From Flavobacterium sp. SCGC AAA160-P02 (GTDB lineage: Bacteria; Bacteroidota; Bacteroidia; Flavobacteriales; Flavobacteriaceae): DNA of 49,965 bases. Made by a program: the position numbers and the translations under genes. Under the pieces are notes generated by a model. It saw only the letters and a program-made list of their open reading frames with translations, had not been told where the DNA came from and made no database searches. This document shows, piece by piece, positions 48,293 through 49,965 of the stretch. The stretch spans positions 1-49,965 of the forward strand of contig CATISV010000162.1 of NCBI GenBank assembly GCA_949541125.1. Direction: 5' to 3'. The number at the start of each line of letters is the position of its first letter. Within the stretch, counting starts at the first letter, position 1.

Positions 48293-49965
48293 ATGTGTGG
48301 AATAACTGGATATATTGGACAAAGAAATGCCTACCCAATTGTATTAAATGGCTTAAAAAGACTAGAATATAGAGGTTATGACAGTGCTGGTATTATGCTT
48401 TATAATGGGACTGATATCAAGGTATCAAAAACAAAAGGAAAAGTATCCGCCCTTGAAGAAATTACAGATACTGATCCAAGTAGTAAAGAAGGAAATATTG
48501 GCATTGGCCATACCAGATGGGCAACTCATGGGGTGCCAAACAATTCCAATTCTCATCCACATTTGTCTCAGTCAAAGAATTTAGTCATTGTTCATAATGG
48601 CATTATTGAAAATTATGAGACCTTAAAAAAAGAATTAATAGCTAGAGGATATAGCTTTCAAAGTGATACAGATACAGAAGTTCTTATCAACCTTATTGAA
48701 GAAGTAAAAACCAAAGAAAAATGTAAACTAGGGAAGGCTGTTCAAATTGCACTGACTCAAGTAATTGGAGCCTATGCAATTACTGTTTTTGACAAAGATA
48801 AACCTAATGAAATTGTTGTTGCAAAACTAGGAAGTCCTATCGCTATTGGTATTGGGAACAACAACGAAGAGTTCTTTATTGCCTCAGACGCCTCTCCATT
48901 TATTGAATATACAAAAAAAGCCATTTACTTAGAAGATGAACAGTTGGCGATTATCAAACTTGGAAGAGACATTAGAGTAAGAAAAATAATGGACGATTCG
49001 ATTACAGAATCAACCATTCAACAACTACAATTAAGCCTAGAACAAATAGAAAAAGGTGGCTATGATCACTTTATGATCAAAGAAATTCATGAACAACCGA
49101 AGGCTATTACAGATACTTTTAGAGGGAGAATGCTCCCTGATCAAGGAATTATACGAATGTCAGGGGTCGATAATAACCTTGAAAAATTTTTAAATGCCGA
49201 TCGAATGATCATTGTTGCTTGTGGAACCTCATGGCACGCAGGACTCGTCGGAGAGTATTTATTTGAAGATATGGCCAGAATACCTGTTGAGGTTGAATAT
49301 GCGTCCGAGTTTCGATATAGAAACCCAGTTATTACATCAAAAGACATTGTCATTGCCATTTCTCAGTCAGGAGAAACAGCGGATACCTTAGCAGCGATAA
49401 AGTTAGCAAAATCTAAAGGAGCATTCGTTTTTGGAATCTGTAATGTTGTAGGCTCTTCCATTTCAAGAGAAGCCCCATCAGGAGCTTATACTCATGCTGG
49501 ACCAGAAATTGGAGTTGCCTCTACCAAAGCATTTACTACCCAGATAACTGTATTAACATTGATCGCATTAAAACTTGCTAAAGCGAAGGGGACATTATCT
49601 AATTCAGCATTTCACACCTATTTACACAAAATGCAATTGATCCCTTCTAAGGTTGAAAAATTATTACAGATAGAAGAGAAGGTTAAAGAAATTGCGAAGG
49701 TTTACAAAGACGCGAAAAACTGTTTATATTTAGGTAGAGGCTTTAATTTTCCTGTAGCATTAGAAGGAGCCTTGAAACTGAAAGAGATCTCGTATATTCA
49801 TGCCGAAGGATATCCGGCTGCAGAAATGAAACATGGCCCCATTGCTTTGATTGATGAAAATATGCCCATTTTTGTAATTGCCATTAATAAGGGACATTAT
49901 GAAAAAGTGGTGAGTAATATTCAAGAAATTAAATCGAGAAGCGGTAAAATTATTGCGATTGTCAC
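48293..49965 (+). CDS. glmS: Glutamine--fructose-6-phosphate transaminase, partial (runs off the window; absent from the ORF track)
   Basis: Read from sequence: MCGITGY, LEYRGYDSAG, GHTRWATHG, VHNGIIENY, SQSGETADT, GVASTKAFT, LKLKEISYIHAEG. Confidence 0.98.
   Translation, partial: MCGITGYIGQRNAYPIVLNGLKRLEYRGYDSAGIMLYNGTDIKVSKTKGKVSALEEITDTDPSSKEGNIGIGHTRWATHGVPNNSNSHPHLSQSKNLVIVHNGIIENYETLKKELIARGYSFQSDTDTEVLINLIEEVKTKEKCKLGKAVQIALTQVIGAYAITVFDKDKPNEIVVAKLGSPIAIGIGNNNEEFFIASDASPFIEYTKKAIYLEDEQLAIIKLGRDIRVRKIMDDSITESTIQQLQLSLEQIEKGGYDHFMIKEIHEQPKAITDTFRGRMLPDQGIIRMSGVDNNLEKFLNADRMIIVACGTSWHAGLVGEYLFEDMARIPVEVEYASEFRYRNPVITSKDIVIAISQSGETADTLAAIKLAKSKGAFVFGICNVVGSSISREAPSGAYTHAGPEIGVASTKAFTTQITVLTLIALKLAKAKGTLSNSAFHTYLHKMQLIPSKVEKLLQIEEKVKEIAKVYKDAKNCLYLGRGFNFPVALEGALKLKEISYIHAEGYPAAEMKHGPIALIDENMPIFVIAINKGHYEKVVSNIQEIKSRSGKIIAIV

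Noticed and set aside
6-49359. Short ORFs overlapping long genes (e.g. 6-287, 1372-1674, 14571-14783, 19399-19730, 23016-23363, 43456-43866, 48378-48584, 49141-49359)
   Set aside because: Antisense or alternate-frame shadows of well-supported genes with no motifs of their own
1-49965. tRNA, rRNA, IS, integrase or prophage genes
   Set aside because: None recognised on either strand by eye; a covariance-model scan would be needed to exclude small RNAs

Overview
AT-rich Bacteroidota (Flavobacteriaceae-like, probably marine) chromosome segment with two core blocks around a roughly 26-kb accessory block. Left core (1-6835): atpE-F-H-A-G, a lipoprotein with a sigma54-type promoter, an SDR and an aldo/keto reductase. 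Right core (33143-49965): ALDH7, LuxE-like, tyrS, epimerase, DUF4296, pyrC, DPM1-like GT2, DUF4271, hemD, radA, LPG-synthase TM protein, panD, panC, GT5 half-protein, DUF4270 and a glmS cut off by the window end. The accessory block (about 6900-33100) has 20 intact, largely unrelated genes, 18 of them on the minus strand, plus several gene fragments and no integrase or transposase. Best leads: (i) a decayed ~140-bp intergenic element with a hairpin and an embedded promoter, partial copies at other gene junctions, and an orphan lipoprotein gene flanked by a duplicated terminator+promoter unit, together suggesting a cassette-like gene-capture mechanism; (ii) a stand-alone NADase-type SIR2 gene followed by a stub resembling a caspase N-terminus; (iii) a secreted protein built from two copies of an unrecognised 82-aa four-Cys domain; (iv) a structured RNA upstream of a DUF805 gene. 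All family calls come from motif recognition only; no searches were run.
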